This document shows, in pieces, positions 63,257 through 64,000 of a DNA stretch of 64,000 nucleotides. A program made the translations under genes and the position numbers. The stretch comes from Octopus sinensis (taxonomy: Eukaryota): contig NC_043007.1 of NCBI RefSeq assembly GCF_006345805.1, positions 71,114,001-71,178,000 of the forward strand, read 5' to 3'. Numbering within the stretch: position 1 is the first letter of the stretch; the number at the start of each line of letters is the position of its first letter. The notes beneath the pieces were generated by a model. It was given only the letters and a program-made list of their open reading frames with translations. It was not told where the DNA came from and made no database searches.

Positions 63257-63704
63257 TCATCATCATCATCATCATCTGCTTTCCATGCTAGGATGGGCTG
63301 GACGATTTGACTGAGGACTGGTGAACCAGATGGCTGCGTCAGGCTCCAGTCTTGATCTGGCAGAGTTTCTACAGCTGGGTGCCCTTCCTAATGCCAACCA
63401 CTCTGAGAGTGTAGTGGGTGCTTTTACATGCCACTGGCACAAGTGTCAGTCAGGCGGTACTGGCAACGGTCACAAAAAATCTTTTTTCTTTTTAAATATA
63501 TATATCATCATCATCATCATCATAGCGTCCGTTTTCATGCTAATGGTATCAACTGGGTCACCAACTGCACCACACAATCTGCAGTGTTTTCTACATATGC
63601 CCTTCCTAACAACATAGATATATATATATATATAAAAATAAATAATATATTCACAAACACACACATGCACACACACATATATATATATATATAATATATA
63701 TATA

Positions 63705-63757
<53 letters not shown>

Positions 63758-63759
63758 AC

Positions 63760-64000
63760 ATATATATTTGCGAAGACATGTTGGGGCAAGCAAAATCGAA
63801 ATCGAATTGAACCAGCCAGGATCCCTGGTCTGGTGGTACGTAAAAAGCACAATCCGACTCATGGCCGATGCCAGCGCCGCCTCAACTGGCTTCCATGCCG
63901 GTGGCATGTAAAATACACCAATCCGACCGTGGCCATTGCCAGCCTCGCCCGGCACCTATATATATACATATATATTTGCGAAGACATGTTGGGGCAAGCG
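63760..64000 (+). repeat. Family D module region starting a tandem repeat (period 208 bp), cut by the window end
   Basis: tttgcgaagacatgttggggcaagc occurs at 63767 and again at 63975. Confidence 0.7.

Overview
AT-rich, microsatellite-dense eukaryotic genomic DNA. The SINE families look like those of Octopus (inference from recognition, no search run). The window is mostly intronic. Two phase-compatible + strand exons (20227-20384, 33893-34106), separated by a 13.5 kb intron, encode the end of an IQ motif, an E/R-rich single-alpha-helix-like segment and an LDLDQMFSFL motif, which suggests an unconventional MyTH4-FERM (class VII-like) myosin. The rest is transposon-derived. It includes several tRNA-headed SINE families; a modular (GAT)n-tailed element with an internal 62-bp repeat array; a truncated R4/Dong LINE inside a (TAA)n tract; a Penelope-like GIY-YIG fossil; mariner (D34D) and maT (D37D) relics; non-autonomous Helitrons; TTAA-flanked piggyBac-like MITEs; and an ~870-bp tandem duplication. 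The most striking unexplained signal is a set of short dispersed or fold-back elements carrying minimal type I hammerhead ribozyme folds. One is a 139-bp insert with a 12-bp target-site duplication whose core shows the compensatory G3-C8 swap of the canonical C3-G8 tertiary pair. Nearly all ORFs in the supplied track are microsatellite artefacts. Repeat coordinates are approximate (tens of bp) unless a TSD or TIR is given.
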